Below, one piece after another: positions 46,431-57,306 of a DNA stretch of 64,000 bases. This DNA comes from Candidatus Multivoradales bacterium (GTDB lineage: Bacteria > Acidobacteriota > Thermoanaerobaculia > Multivoradales > JAHEKO01). The translations under genes and the position numbers were made by a program. Position 1 is the stretch's first letter, and each line of letters starts with the position of its first letter. The notes beneath the pieces are model-generated. The model saw only the letters and a program-made list of their open reading frames with translations. It ran no database searches and was not told where the DNA came from. The DNA lies in contig CBDFIJ010000004.1 in NCBI GenBank assembly GCA_965248055.1, forward strand, positions 3,008,001 to 3,072,000, written 5' to 3'.

Positions 46431-49400
46431 ATGACCACCACCCCCTACAAACCCCAACACCCGATCCGCATCGTCTCCGCGGCTTCGCTCTTTGACGGCC
46501 ACGACGCGGCGATCAATGTGATGCGGCGGATTTTGCAGTCGTCGGGGGCGGAGGTGATTCATCTGGGGCATAACCGTTCGGTTGCGGAGATTGTCGAGTG
46601 CGCGATCGAGGAGGATGCGCAGGCGATCGCGATCACCAGTTATCAGGGTGGGCATATCGAGTACTTCAAGTACATGGTTGATCTGCTCAGAGAGCGGGGG
46701 GCCAAGACCAAGATTTTTGGTGGTGGCGGTGGAACGATTTTGCCTGAGGAGGCGGAGGAGTTGCACGCCTACGGCATTGCCCGGATTTATTCGCCGGACG
46801 ATGGTCGGGAGATGGGGTTGCAGGGGATGATCAATCACTTGCTGGAGAGCAGTGATTTCCCGATGGTGGAGCCGGCTGTGAATGGAGAGGGTGCGCAGTT
46901 CAAGAAAGCAGTCCAGGAGAAAGACCCGCAGGCGATTGCCCGCTTGATAACCCTGGTGGAGAACCACCCGGAGACCGTGGACGATCTGCAGTCGATGCTG
47001 GCGACCTTGAACTCCAACCAGAGTAACGGAGATCAATCGGTCGCTGCGGTGAAAAGCCCAGTGTTGGGAATCACCGGTACCGGCGGCGCAGGGAAGTCGT
47101 CGTTGGTGGACGAGTTGGTGCGCCGCTACCTGATCGACTTCCCGGACAAGACCTTGGCGGTGATTTCGGTGGATCCGTCGCGGCGCAAGAGCGGTGGGGC
47201 GCTGTTGGGCGACCGTATCCGGATGAATTCGATCCATCACCCCCGGGTGTACATGCGTTCGCTGGCGACTCGTCAGTCGAATTTGGCGATGTCCAAGTAT
47301 GTCGGTCAGGCGGTGGAGATCGTGCAGGCGGCGGGCTATGACTTGGTGCTGCTGGAGACCTCGGGCATCGGTCAGTCGGACACCGAGATCGTCGAGCATT
47401 CGGATCTGTCGCTGTATGTGATGACTTCGGAGTACGGTGCAGCGACCCAGTTGGAGAAGATCGACATGCTCGATTTTGCTGACGTGATCGCGATCAACAA
47501 GTTCGACAAGAAGGGCTCGCTGGACGCGCTGCGCGACGTGCGCAAGCAGTACCGGCGTAACCACACGCTGTTTGACGGTGAGGATGAGGCACTGCCGATT
47601 TTCGGCACGGTGGCGTCGCAGTTCAATGACGCCGGCACCAACCGGTTGTACAAGAAGCTGATTGCGGCGTTGTCAGAGAAAGCAGGCGACGCCTTTGAAT
47701 CAACCTTGGAGCTGCCGCTGGAAGAGGCAGTCGATCCGCCGATCGTGCCACCGGCCAAGGTGCGCTACTTGGCGGAAATCGCTGAGGACAACCGGGCTTA
47801 CAATCAGACCGTCGAAGAGCAGTGCGCAACGGCACGACGCGCCTACCAATTGGCCGGGTCAATCGCCGCACTCCGGAGTAAAGATCTGGGCAGTAAGGAT
47901 CTGGGGGGTGACGACATCGAAGGCTGGTTGCCCGAAATCGCGGTCTCTGACGGGGATACCAGCGCGGCGCAAGAGTTGGTGGAGCTGTACCAGCAAACCC
48001 GCGAGCGCCTCGACTTTGACAATCGCCAGTTGTTGGCCGAGTGGCCGGCGACCCGACAACGCTATACCGATGAAAAGTTTGTCTATCAGGTGCGGGGCAA
48101 GAAGATCGAGCGGGCGCTCTATCGTCAGTCGTTGTCGCACCTACAGATCCCACGGGTGGCGCTGCCCAAGTATCACGACTGGGGTGAGGTACTGCGCTGG
48201 CTGTTGACCGAGAACGTGCCCGGTGAGTACCCCTACGCCGCCGGGGTTTTTCCGCTCAAGCGCCAAGGAGAAGACCCAACCCGGATGTTTGCCGGTGAGG
48301 GTGGCCCAGAACGCACCAATCGACGCTTTCATTACGTTTCGTTGGAGGAACCGGCCAAGCGGCTTTCGACGGCCTTTGATTCGGTGACGCTGTACGGAGA
48401 AGACCCAGATCATCGCCCGGACATCTACGGCAAGGTGGGCAACTCCGGGGTCTCAGTGGCGTCGTTGGATGACGCCAAAAGGCTTTACTCGGGCTTCGAT
48501 TTGATTGACCCGGCAACTTCTGTGTCGATGACCATCAACGGTCCGGCACCGATGCTCTTGGGTTTCTTTTTGAACACCGCGGTCGATCAGCAGTGTGAGG
48601 CCTACTTGCGTGAGCAGGGCAAGGCGGATCAGATCGCTCAGGAATTGGATCAGCAGTATGCGGACCTCGACTTGGTGCGTCCGGTCTACCGGGCCGAGAT
48701 ACCCAAGGGGCATGACGGCTCCGGACTGTTGCTTCTGGGCACCTCGGGCGACCAAGTGCTGGACGCCGAGACCTACGGGCGTATTCGCGAAGAGACTCTG
48801 GCCAAGGTGCGAGGCACCGTGCAAGCCGACATCCTCAAAGAGGATCAAGCGCAGAACACCTGCATTTTTTCCACCGAGTTCGCGCTGCGGATGATGGGCG
48901 ACGTGCAGCAGTACTTCATCGACCACGGAGTGCGCAATTTCTACTCGGTGTCGATTTCCGGGTACCACATTGCCGAAGCCGGGGCGAACCCGATCTCGCA
49001 ATTGGCATTTACCTTGGCCAATGGATTCACCTACGTCGAGTACTACCTATCGCGCGGCATGGACATCGACGCCTTCGCCGCCAATCTATCGTTTTTCTTT
49101 TCCAACGGCATGGACCCCGAGTACTCGGTGATGGGGCGTGTAGCACGGCGGATCTGGGCCAAAGCGATGCGACGACGCTATGGCGCTAACGCCCGCTCAC
49201 AGAAGCTCAAATACCACATCCAGACTTCGGGTCGCAGCTTGCACGCGCAGGAAATTTCCTTCAACGACATTCGCACCACGCTGCAGGCTTTGTACGCGAT
49301 TTACGACAATTGCAACTCGCTGCACACCAACGCCTACGACGAGGCGATTACCACCCCGACTGAGGAGAGCGTGCGTCGGGCGCAGGCGATCCAGTTGATC

Positions 49401-49910
49401 ATCAACCGCGAGTTAGGGCTGGCCAACAATGAAAACCCGCTGCAGGGGGCGTTTATCATCGACGAGTTGACCGAGTTGGTGGAAGAGGCGGTGCTGGTCG
49501 AGTTTGAGAGTCTGTCGGATCGGGGTGGGGTGCTGGGGGCGATGGAGCGGATGTACCAGAGAACCAAGATCCAGGAAGAGTCGCTGTACTACGAGACCTT
49601 GAAGCACAGCGGTGAATTACCGGTGGTGGGGGTTAACACTTTCCTGAGCTCGCAAGGCTCACCTACCGTGATCCCGGGTGAGGTCATTCGCGCCACCGAG
49701 GAAGAGAAAAAGGACGCGATTGCCGCGCGCGATGCGATCCAATGCCGCAATCCTGAGGCGACCTCCGCCGCGCTGGGCGAACTGCAACGCTCAGCCATCA
49801 GTGGTGGCAACGTGTTTGGCGGATTGATGGAAGTGTGTAAGACAGCGACCTTGGGCCAGATCACGCATGCTTTGTATGAAGTGGGGGGGCAGTACCGGCG
49901 CAACATGTAG
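46431..49910 (+). CDS. icmF: Fused isobutyryl-CoA mutase (B12-binding + MeaB-like GTPase + mutase)
   Basis: [10 protein letters not shown]12 motif, GTGGAGKSS and NKFD G-domain, TRMFAGEG and AQNTCIFS substrate determinants. Confidence 0.96.
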   Translation: MTTTPYKPQHPIRIVSAASLFDGHDAAINVMRRILQSSGAEVIHLGHNRSVAEIVECAIEEDAQAIAITSYQGGHIEYFKYMVDLLRERGAKTKIFGGGGGTILPEEAEELHAYGIARIYSPDDGREMGLQGMINHLLESSDFPMVEPAVNGEGAQFKKAVQEKDPQAIARLITLVENHPETVDDLQSMLATLNSNQSNGDQSVAAVKSPVLGITGTGGAGKSSLVDELVRRYLIDFPDKTLAVISVDPSRRKSGGALLGDRIRMNSIHHPRVYMRSLATRQSNLAMSKYVGQAVEIVQAAGYDLVLLETSGIGQSDTEIVEHSDLSLYVMTSEYGAATQLEKIDMLDFADVIAINKFDKKGSLDALRDVRKQYRRNHTLFDGEDEALPIFGTVASQFNDAGTNRLYKKLIAALSEKAGDAFESTLELPLEEAVDPPIVPPAKVRYLAEIAEDNRAYNQTVEEQCATARRAYQLAGSIAALRSKDLGSKDLGGDDIEGWLPEIAVSDGDTSAAQELVELYQQTRERLDFDNRQLLAEWPATRQRYTDEKFVYQVRGKKIERALYRQSLSHLQIPRVALPKYHDWGEVLRWLLTENVPGEYPYAAGVFPLKRQGEDPTRMFAGEGGPERTNRRFHYVSLEEPAKRLSTAFDSVTLYGEDPDHRPDIYGKVGNSGVSVASLDDAKRLYSGFDLIDPATSVSMTINGPAPMLLGFFLNTAVDQQCEAYLREQGKADQIAQELDQQYADLDLVRPVYRAEIPKGHDGSGLLLLGTSGDQVLDAETYGRIREETLAKVRGTVQADILKEDQAQNTCIFSTEFALRMMGDVQQYFIDHGVRNFYSVSISGYHIAEAGANPISQLAFTLANGFTYVEYYLSRGMDIDAFAANLSFFFSNGMDPEYSVMGRVARRIWAKAMRRRYGANARSQKLKYHIQTSGRSLHAQEISFNDIRTTLQALYAIYDNCNSLHTNAYDEAITTPTEESVRRAQAIQLIINRELGLANNENPLQGAFIIDELTELVEEAVLVEFESLSDRGGVLGAMERMYQRTKIQEESLYYETLKHSGELPVVGVNTFLSSQGSPTVIPGEVIRATEEEKKDAIAARDAIQCRNPEATSAALGELQRSAISGGNVFGGLMEVCKTATLGQITHALYEVGGQYRRNM

Positions 49911-50036
49911 GGTTGCTGCGGGGTCACGCCATTTCTCGACGATCTCTCAGGTCGCCTGCGTCGTGGTGCTGACCGGCATCTAACGAGCGCCGCTGGCAAT
50001 CCGGCGTCCTCCAAATAGCGTTAGGGTCATTGAACC

Positions 50037-53000
50037 GTGAAGCAGAGCAACAGATCTAGCACTCAGGAGCAAAAATTGACCCATGACGGGGTGACGGTTC
50101 AGTCGCTGTACCGAGAGCGTGGAGAGTGGGCATTGGCCCAGCGGACGACTCCTGGTTGGCGGGGCTTGGCATTGGTTGATCCCCGACGCGGGGATCCGGT
50201 AGCGGCGACCGAGCAGGCCCTGGCGTTGGGCGCTCACGGGATCTGGTTGCGCGGACCGGTGCCGCACGAAGAAGCTTTCCTCAACATGGTGCAGGCCGCC
50301 TCTGACGCACCCATAGCGCTGAGTCCAACGTCCGCGATTGCCTACGTCGAAGGATTGCTTGCCGATCCTCCCACCCGGTTGGCGATCAACTACGATCCCG
50401 TGACAGCGGCAATCCTCAAGGATGACCTGGAGGCCGACTGCCAGCCGGGTTACCTCCGGGTGAAATCACTGCTGCGCTTGGTTCAGGGCCAGCCATCTGA
50501 AGAGGGGCAGCCATCTAAAGGACAGTACTGCGGATCGTCCTCCCTGGCTTGCTCCAGCCTGCTGCTGCATGCGGCGGGCGGAGATCCGGTCGACGAACTG
50601 GCGCTGATCGGCGCCTCATGGCTCGAGCTAGTGCGCCGACTTGGAGCGCGGCGGGTCTCGGTCGATGAATTAGTGCTGCAAACCGTATTTCAGGTCGGCG
50701 TCGGCAGTCACATGCTCACCGAGTTGGCGAAGTTGCGGGCCTTGCGCGAAGTCCTAGCGCGTCTGGTCATTGCCGGCGGTGGTTCGGTGGAGAGTGCTCA
50801 TTCGTTGCGCATTCACGCGCTGACCTCGTCCAGGACCTTGGCGCGCCGCGGATATCGCACCAACGCATTGCGCGCCACCGGACAAGCCACCGCTGCGGTG
50901 CTGGGCGGAGCTGACTGGCTGACGGTGTTGCCCTGGGATGACCGCTTGGCGGTCACCAGACCCTCTGCCGAACGTTTGGCGATGCAGGTCCACAACGTGC
51001 TGCGCGAGGAAGCGACCTTGGCCGAAGTTGCCGACCCTGCGGCTGGTTCCTACGCAGTGGAGTCGTTGACCATACAACTAGCTCGTCAAGTCTGGGGGTT
51101 GATCGGAGAAGTCGAAAGTGACGGCGGGGTGTGGCAGAGCTTGGGCGAAGGGCTGTTGCGCCAGCGATTGCGCGCGGCGCGACTCCGTCGTCGGCAACAG
51201 ATCGAGTCCGGCGCACAGCCGGTGCTCGGTGTCAGCGTCTATCCGCACCCAGAGGAACCGGGGGCGGGGTTGGCCGATTCATTTACAGGGGACCCGGACT
51301 TTGCCCCCTTGTACGACGCCCCCTTGCACGACCCCGCTTCGGACAATGCTGAGTCGGTCTGGACCGCGGAGGCAGCAGCAGTGAGCGGCTCTTTCGACGG
51401 TGTTGTCTTCGGCAGTGTCGATCTAGGGCGAGTCGACCTTGATCAAGCCGCCTTCGATCGATGGGGTCAGCATCTAGAAAGACAGAACGCTGGCTTGTTG
51501 AACTCGACGGTTGACAGTCGCGCGGGCTCGCTCCCTGGCCAGCCCCCCTACTTGCGCGGTCCCTATTCGAGCATGTACACCCAGCGCCCCTGGACCATCC
51601 GCCAGTACGCCGGATTCTCTACCGCTGAGGAGTCCAACGCTTTTTATCGGCGCAACCTAGCGGCGGGGCAGAAGGGGTTATCAATCGCTTTTGATCTGCC
51701 CACCCATCGTGGTTACGACTCCGATCATCCTCGGGTGACCGGCGATGTCGGGATGGCCGGGGTGGCGGTGGACTCGATCCGCGATACGCGGGTGCTATTT
51801 GACGGCATTCCGCTAGATCAGGTGAGCGTGTCGATGACCATGAACGGTGCGGTATTGCCGATCCTGGCGCTCTACATCGTCGCGGCGGAAGAACAAGGTG
51901 TTGCGCCAGAACAACTGCGCGGAACGATCCAAAACGATGTGCTCAAAGAGTTCATGGTGCGCAATACCTATATCTATCCGCCCACTCCTTCGATGCGCAT
52001 CGTCGCCGACATCTTCGGTTACACCGCGGCCAAGATGCCCAAGTTCAATTCGATCTCGATCTCTGGGTACCACATGCAAGAGGCCGGGGCGACGCCGGAT
52101 CTGGAGTTGGCCTACACCTTGGCCGACGGCATTGAATACGTGCGCACCGGGATCGCTGCCGGGCTCGATGTGGATGACTTCGCACCACAGTTATCGTTCT
52201 TTTTCTGCATCGGCATGTCATTTTTTGACGAGATCGCCAAGCTGCGCGCGGCGCGCGTGTTGTGGCATGACCTAATGCAGCAGTTTGATCCACAGAATAC
52301 CAAGTCGTCGATATTGCGCACCCATTGCCAGACCTCTGGCTGGTCGCTGACCGCGCAAGATCCATACAACAACCTGGTACGCACCGCCAACGAAGCGCTG
52401 GCGGCGGTCTGGGGTCAGACCCAGTCGTTGCATACCAATGCGTTCGACGAAGCTCTAGCGCTGCCCACCGACGATTCGGCGCGCCTGGCGCGTAATACCC
52501 AGTTGCAGTTGCAACTAGAGGCCGGGATCTGCGACGTCATCGATCCATGGGGTGGCAGCGTGTTTCTTGAGCAACGCACCCTGGAGATGGTCGAGCGGGC
52601 TCAATCCCACATCGACGAGGTGGAAGCTTTGGGCGGCATGACCAAGGCAATCGAGGCGGGACTACCCAAGGCCCGCATCGAAGAGTCGGCGACGCGTATC
52701 CAAGCGCAGATCGACGCTGGAACACGACCGATTATTGGCATCAATCGCTATCGCCCAATCGAACGCACTGCGGTGGAGGTGCTGCGGGTCGACGCCTCTG
52801 CGGTGCGCCGAACCCAGATCGAGAGACTGCAGCGATTGTGTGCTGAACGGGACCCGCAACAAGTGGAGGCGTCGCTGGCGGCGATCACCGAGGCAGCGGC
52901 CGGAAACGGCAATCTGCTGGAAGTCGCAGTCGATGCGGCCCGGGCCGGAGCCACAGTGGGCGAGATGAGTTTGGCATTGGAGCAGGTGTTCGGACGGCAT

Positions 53001-53504
53001 CGCGCCGAAGTGCGCGCGGTGACCGGTGTGTATGCTAGAGAGATGGCGAGTCATGAAGAGGTCCAAGCGGTGCGCGCTCATTGCCAGGAATTCGCCGAGC
53101 GCGAGGGACGCCGACCGAGGATTCTGGTCGCCAAGATGGGTCAAGACGGCCACGACCGGGGCCAAAAGGTAGTCGCCAGCGGCTTTGCCGACCTCGGCTT
53201 TGACGTCGACATTGGTTCGCTGTTTATGACCCCAACCGAGACCGCCCGCCAAGCGATCGAGAATGATGTCCACGTGGTCGGGGTCAGCACCCTAGCTGCT
53301 GGTCATCGAGAGTTGGTGCCAGCGTTGATCGCGGAACTTGCCACCATGGGGCGTGGCGATATCGCGGTGGTGGTAGGAGGAGTGGTTCCGGCGGAGGATG
53401 AAGCGGCTCTCTTGGAGGCCGGGGTAGGAGCCATCTTTGGCCCCGGAAGCGTACTGGCCGCCACCGCCGACACGGTCCTGCAGTTGCTGGAGGGCGGACG
53501 CTAG
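50037..53504 (+). CDS. scpA: Methylmalonyl-CoA mutase, single-chain fusion of a degenerate beta-like domain and a catalytic alpha subunit
   Basis: N-half: [39 protein letters not shown]-half: [33 protein letters not shown]. Confidence 0.9.
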   Translation: MKQSNRSSTQEQKLTHDGVTVQSLYRERGEWALAQRTTPGWRGLALVDPRRGDPVAATEQALALGAHGIWLRGPVPHEEAFLNMVQAASDAPIALSPTSAIAYVEGLLADPPTRLAINYDPVTAAILKDDLEADCQPGYLRVKSLLRLVQGQPSEEGQPSKGQYCGSSSLACSSLLLHAAGGDPVDELALIGASWLELVRRLGARRVSVDELVLQTVFQVGVGSHMLTELAKLRALREVLARLVIAGGGSVESAHSLRIHALTSSRTLARRGYRTNALRATGQATAAVLGGADWLTVLPWDDRLAVTRPSAERLAMQVHNVLREEATLAEVADPAAGSYAVESLTIQLARQVWGLIGEVESDGGVWQSLGEGLLRQRLRAARLRRRQQIESGAQPVLGVSVYPHPEEPGAGLADSFTGDPDFAPLYDAPLHDPASDNAESVWTAEAAAVSGSFDGVVFGSVDLGRVDLDQAAFDRWGQHLERQNAGLLNSTVDSRAGSLPGQPPYLRGPYSSMYTQRPWTIRQYAGFSTAEESNAFYRRNLAAGQKGLSIAFDLPTHRGYDSDHPRVTGDVGMAGVAVDSIRDTRVLFDGIPLDQVSVSMTMNGAVLPILALYIVAAEEQGVAPEQLRGTIQNDVLKEFMVRNTYIYPPTPSMRIVADIFGYTAAKMPKFNSISISGYHMQEAGATPDLELAYTLADGIEYVRTGIAAGLDVDDFAPQLSFFFCIGMSFFDEIAKLRAARVLWHDLMQQFDPQNTKSSILRTHCQTSGWSLTAQDPYNNLVRTANEALAAVWGQTQSLHTNAFDEALALPTDDSARLARNTQLQLQLEAGICDVIDPWGGSVFLEQRTLEMVERAQSHIDEVEALGGMTKAIEAGLPKARIEESATRIQAQIDAGTRPIIGINRYRPIERTAVEVLRVDASAVRRTQIERLQRLCAERDPQQVEASLAAITEAAAGNGNLLEVAVDAARAGATVGEMSLALEQVFGRHRAEVRAVTGVYAREMASHEEVQAVRAHCQEFAEREGRRPRILVAKMGQDGHDRGQKVVASGFADLGFDVDIGSLFMTPTETARQAIENDVHVVGVSTLAAGHRELVPALIAELATMGRGDIAVVVGGVVPAEDEAALLEAGVGAIFGPGSVLAATADTVLQLLEGGR

Positions 53505-53517
53505 TTCGCGTTCCACC

Positions 53518-54507
53518 GTGACACGACTCGATATCCCAGATTTGGCGCAAAAGGTGCGCGGCGGCGAGCGCGCGTCGCTGGCCAGAGCCATCACCCTGGT
53601 CGAGAGTAGTCGCCGCGAAGATCAGAAGCCGGCCCGCCAGTTACTGGAAGGGCTGCTGCCGGATACCGGCAAGGTGATCCGAGTCGGCATCAGCGGCGCT
53701 CCCGGAGTCGGCAAGAGCACGCTGATCGAGACCCTAGGGTTACATCTACTGGAACGAGGACACCGGCCCGCGGTGTTGGCGGTTGATCCTTCGAGCACGG
53801 TCTCCGGCGGCAGTATCTTGGGCGACAAGAGTCGCATGGATCGCTTGGCGCAGCAAAAGGATGCTTTTATCCGCCCTTCACCCAGTGCTTCGACCTTGGG
53901 TGGAGTCGCCCGGCGTACCCGAGAGGTAATGCTGCTGTGTGAGGCGGCGGGCTACGACGTGGTACTGATTGAAACCGTCGGCGTCGGGCAATCGGAGGTT
54001 GAAGTCGCCGAGATGGTGGACTTCTTTCTGCTAATGCTGCTCGCGGGCAGCGGCGATGAATTACAGGGGATCAAGAAAGGAATCTTGGAGCACGCGGATG
54101 CCTGGGTGGTCAACAAGGCCGATGGCGACAACCTGGCTGCAGCTCAAGCAACGCTGGCGGAATACCAAGCAGCGCTGGCCTACACCCCAACCGAAGGCGG
54201 CTGGAAGCCACGCGCGATGGCGATCTCCGCGCTTACCGGAGACCGAGTCGCGGACCTGTGGCAGACGGTGGTGGAGTACATCCAATTGGCCTCAGAGTCA
54301 GGTCATTTGCAGGAACATCGCGGGACGCAAAAAATTCACTGGGTTGAGCGCATGGCCCGCGAACAACTTCTGGACCGGTTTTCCAACCACCCCGAAGTTA
54401 CCGCGCTAAGAGCGCAACTGAATCGACAAGTTGAAACCGGAAAGACCTCGCCCTGGCGAGCCGCGGAGGCTTTGGTCGTTCATTTGTTGGAGGGAGGTTC
54501 GGAGTGA
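53518..54507 (+). CDS. meaB: Methylmalonyl-CoA mutase-associated GTPase
   Basis: GAPGVGKST, DPSS..GGSILGDK.RM, ETVGVGQSE, NKADG. Confidence 0.95.
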   Translation: MTRLDIPDLAQKVRGGERASLARAITLVESSRREDQKPARQLLEGLLPDTGKVIRVGISGAPGVGKSTLIETLGLHLLERGHRPAVLAVDPSSTVSGGSILGDKSRMDRLAQQKDAFIRPSPSASTLGGVARRTREVMLLCEAAGYDVVLIETVGVGQSEVEVAEMVDFFLLMLLAGSGDELQGIKKGILEHADAWVVNKADGDNLAAAQATLAEYQAALAYTPTEGGWKPRAMAISALTGDRVADLWQTVVEYIQLASESGHLQEHRGTQKIHWVERMAREQLLDRFSNHPEVTALRAQLNRQVETGKTSPWRAAEALVVHLLEGGSE

Positions 54508-55523
54508 AGGCATCGAGACCGTCTGGGATGGATAGGTTACTGGGCAGCTTGTTGGTGCTGGCATCGGTCGCTACGCCGATGACGGCACAGTTGAGTTCTG
54601 AGCAAATCACCAAGGTGATCGACAAGGCTAATCAATACCTGCAGCAGGGCGAGGCGTTGAAAGCGGCCAAGAGCTTGGAGAAGGCCGCTAAGAAAGACGG
54701 TTATCGATCTGCCGATCTGTTGGTGACGTTGGGTAAGGCGCAGGCGATGACCGGGCGCTATCTAGAACTGGAGCAAACCGGGCGCGCTCTGGTCGGACGC
54801 AACGAGAGTGCGGATGTTGAAAACGCAGGTCTCAATCTGCTCGGGCTGGCGCTGACCGGACAGCAAGATCCAGACAAGATGCTCCAAGCGGTCGAGATCT
54901 ACACCGCTCTGCGGCAGCGGGTGGGAGACCAGTTTCCCGCAGTCACCTACAACTTGGCGGTGCTGTTGCTGCGGTTGGACCGGATCGATGAGGGTATGCC
55001 ATTGCTCGAGCACTATTTGGAGGTCGCTCCCAGCCACGTTTTTGCCACCCGCGCTAAGATCTTGCTGGTACGGCCTGAGCTCGCCAACGCGGCGACTCTG
55101 CCACGTTTTTCGGTACAGACGGTGGATGGTGGCCAGCTCACCGACGCTGACTTTGCCGGCAAAGTGGTGGTGATTGATTTTTGGGCTACCTGGTGCGGAC
55201 CGTGTCGCACGGCGATGCCCAAGTTGCGCGAGTTTTACGAGCTCTACCGGGAGCAGGGTTTGGAAATCGTTGGGGTCAGTGCTGACCGTACTCGACGGAG
55301 CCTGGAGATCTACTTGACGGAAGAAGAACTGCCGTGGGTGAATGTCTGGGATACCTTTGAAAATCGACTCCTAGGACCGTTTAATGTCCGTGCATATCCA
55401 ACCTATGCGGTGATCGATGCAGCAGGTTACGTTCGCCATAGTGCAAACGCTCTTGGGGGATTTGACCGAGTAGAGGAAGTGGTCAAGCAATCGCTAGCCG
55501 ACCTAGAGGCAATAAGAAACTAG
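54504..55523 (+). CDS. TPR + TlpA-like thioredoxin (redoxin), secreted
   Basis: Signal peptide, TPR-like helices, DFWATWCGPC, cis-Pro motif YPT. Confidence 0.85.
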   Translation: MKASRPSGMDRLLGSLLVLASVATPMTAQLSSEQITKVIDKANQYLQQGEALKAAKSLEKAAKKDGYRSADLLVTLGKAQAMTGRYLELEQTGRALVGRNESADVENAGLNLLGLALTGQQDPDKMLQAVEIYTALRQRVGDQFPAVTYNLAVLLLRLDRIDEGMPLLEHYLEVAPSHVFATRAKILLVRPELANAATLPRFSVQTVDGGQLTDADFAGKVVVIDFWATWCGPCRTAMPKLREFYELYREQGLEIVGVSADRTRRSLEIYLTEEELPWVNVWDTFENRLLGPFNVRAYPTYAVIDAAGYVRHSANALGGFDRVEEVVKQSLADLEAIRN

Positions 55524-55586
55524 AAATCGTTAAAACGGCGAGTCACTCTCGCCATCTCTGCAGAGAGAGGCCCAATCGCCTACCGC

Positions 55587-56240
55587 GTCATCCCCGTGGG
55601 GAGGGGGTTTGGTGGTCGGGGATCTACCTCATTTTGGTAACAGACCCCGGCCCCCCTCCCTCCCGGCCGCCGGGATGACGAGGTGTTTGAGCTCCCCGCC
55701 GGGGTGACAAAAAACCGGTACAGCTAGCCGAAATGGTTGGGTGTCTTTATGTAGGGGAGCCCTTCACGGGCTCCCGCGGGAGGGGGTAAACCCCTCCCCT
55801 ACGAAGAAGCCACAGTGTAGCCTGGCTTCTCATTCTCTTGGGTGGGGGAAGATCTTCGCCCGAAGAGCTCCCCCAACTAGGTCATCCCCGTGGGGAGGGG
55901 GTTTGGTGGTCGGGGATCTACCTCATTTTGGTAACAGATCCCGGCCCCCCTCCCTCCCGGCCGCCGGGATGACGAGGTGTTTGAGCTCCCCGCCGGGATG
56001 ACAAAAAACCGGTACGGCTAGCCGAAATGGTTGGGTGTCTTTATGTAGGGGAGCCCTTTACGGGCTCCCGCGGGAGGGGGTAAACCCCTCCCCTACGAAG
56101 AAGCCACAGTGTAGCCTGGCTTCTCATTCTCTTGGGTGGGGGAAGATCTTCGCCCGAAGAGCTCCCCCAACTAGGTCATTCCCGTGGGGCGGGGGTTTGG
56201 CGGTCGGGAATCTTTCTCAACCAAGCAACAGATCCCGGCT
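55587..56240. repeat. Tandem array of about 2.2 copies of a 294-bp composite REP unit
   Basis: Units start at 55587, 55881 and 56175. The first two are nearly identical and each contains GTAG-REP inverted doublets (55751-55802, 56045-56096) and GTCATCCC/GGGATGAC modules. Confidence 0.92.
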
Positions 56241-56368
56241 CCTCGTACCAGCAAAATCTTCCTATCGGGCATTCCAGACTCGTTCGCTTTGTTGTCTCAG
56301 TAAATGCGCCCGCTGAAGCTTAGCTACGCACTGAAACGCCCGGTTGTTGCTTCGGCTATGCTAAGGCA

Positions 56369-56983
56369 ATGCGAAGCCGTTTATTGACCCTCGTAGTGTT
56401 GATCCTTAGCCTAACGGCAGGTCGAATCTGGGCCGAGCCGGTGGTCGTCTTGCAGACCAACCACGGGGAAATGGTGATCCGTTTTGTCGAGTCCGGCGCG
56501 CCGCACACCGTGGCTCAGTTCAAGCGCCTCGTTGAGCAGGGGTTTTATGATGGTTTGCCCTTTTACCGGGTGGTAGAGGGGCATGTGATTCAGGCGGGGG
56601 ACGGTGGTGAGAACGAGCAACCGACGGTGGCTGGCGAGTTTGGTGCTTATCCCCACGTCACTGGGGCGGTGGGTCTGGCGCGCTCGGAAGATCCGGATAG
56701 TGGCAGTACCGAGTTTTATATCTGCGTTGCGCCGCGACCCCACCTAGACGGTCGCTACGCGGTGTTTGGCTTGGTGCAGGAGGGATACGACACCATGTTG
56801 TCGATCGCTCGTAGCGATGTGGATCAACAGTTCGTCGGCGACGAGTCGAATATCGCCTTTCACTCCCCGGTGGAGCCGGTGGTGATCGAACGGGCGTATT
56901 TGGAGGATCGAGCACTGGCTGCCCTGCAGCCGTTGGCTGTTGCCGCTTCGGTGGAAGCGGCTGGAGAGGAGGATACGGAATGA
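56369..56983 (+). CDS. Cyclophilin-type peptidyl-prolyl isomerase
   Basis: Signal peptide, GFYDGLPFYRV, IQAGD, LARSEDPDSGSTEFYI, HLDGRYAVFG. Confidence 0.93.
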   Translation: MRSRLLTLVVLILSLTAGRIWAEPVVVLQTNHGEMVIRFVESGAPHTVAQFKRLVEQGFYDGLPFYRVVEGHVIQAGDGGENEQPTVAGEFGAYPHVTGAVGLARSEDPDSGSTEFYICVAPRPHLDGRYAVFGLVQEGYDTMLSIARSDVDQQFVGDESNIAFHSPVEPVVIERAYLEDRALAALQPLAVAASVEAAGEEDTE

Positions 56984-57249
56984 CCGATTTCTTGGCCCTA
57001 CTTGCAGACTACCCAGTGATGGAAGTGATGTTTGTTTTGAGTGTCGCTTTGGTGCTGATCGACTATTTCTTCCCGGTCGACTACCCAGCTTTTCTGGGCT
57101 ACCTATGTTTTGCCATTGGGATCTTTTTTGCCGCGCCCTGGACCTGGGGCCCCAGTCTGGTGCTTGCTGCGGTGGTATGGGTGGTTCTTCTGGTGTTGCA
57201 TTGGGTGTGGTTTAGCCGGTTTTTGACCAACGCTCCCAGTCGCGCTTAG
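56980..57249 (+). CDS. Small membrane protein resembling an NfeD N-terminal TM segment
   Basis: 89 aa, about three hydrophobic segments, ATGA overlap and GAGGA RBS. Confidence 0.65.
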   Translation: MTDFLALLADYPVMEVMFVLSVALVLIDYFFPVDYPAFLGYLCFAIGIFFAAPWTWGPSLVLAAVVWVVLLVLHWVWFSRFLTNAPSRA

Positions 57250-57306
57250 TCGCGGCCTCGGCTTCCATTTCTCGCCTGTTCCAGAGCGGAGGCTGACCCT
57301 CGAAAG

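Noticed and set aside
46380-47564. 394-aa minus-strand ORF
   Set aside because: Antisense shadow of icmF caused by GC-rich codon bias; no motifs.
55587-56240. Possible CRISPR array
   Set aside because: The whole 294-bp unit repeats with no unique spacers, and there are no cas genes.
55741-56316. Duplicated ORFs MSLCRGAL... (55741-56001, 56035-56316)
   Set aside because: They are translations of the palindromic repeat, lack a clear RBS and end at different points.
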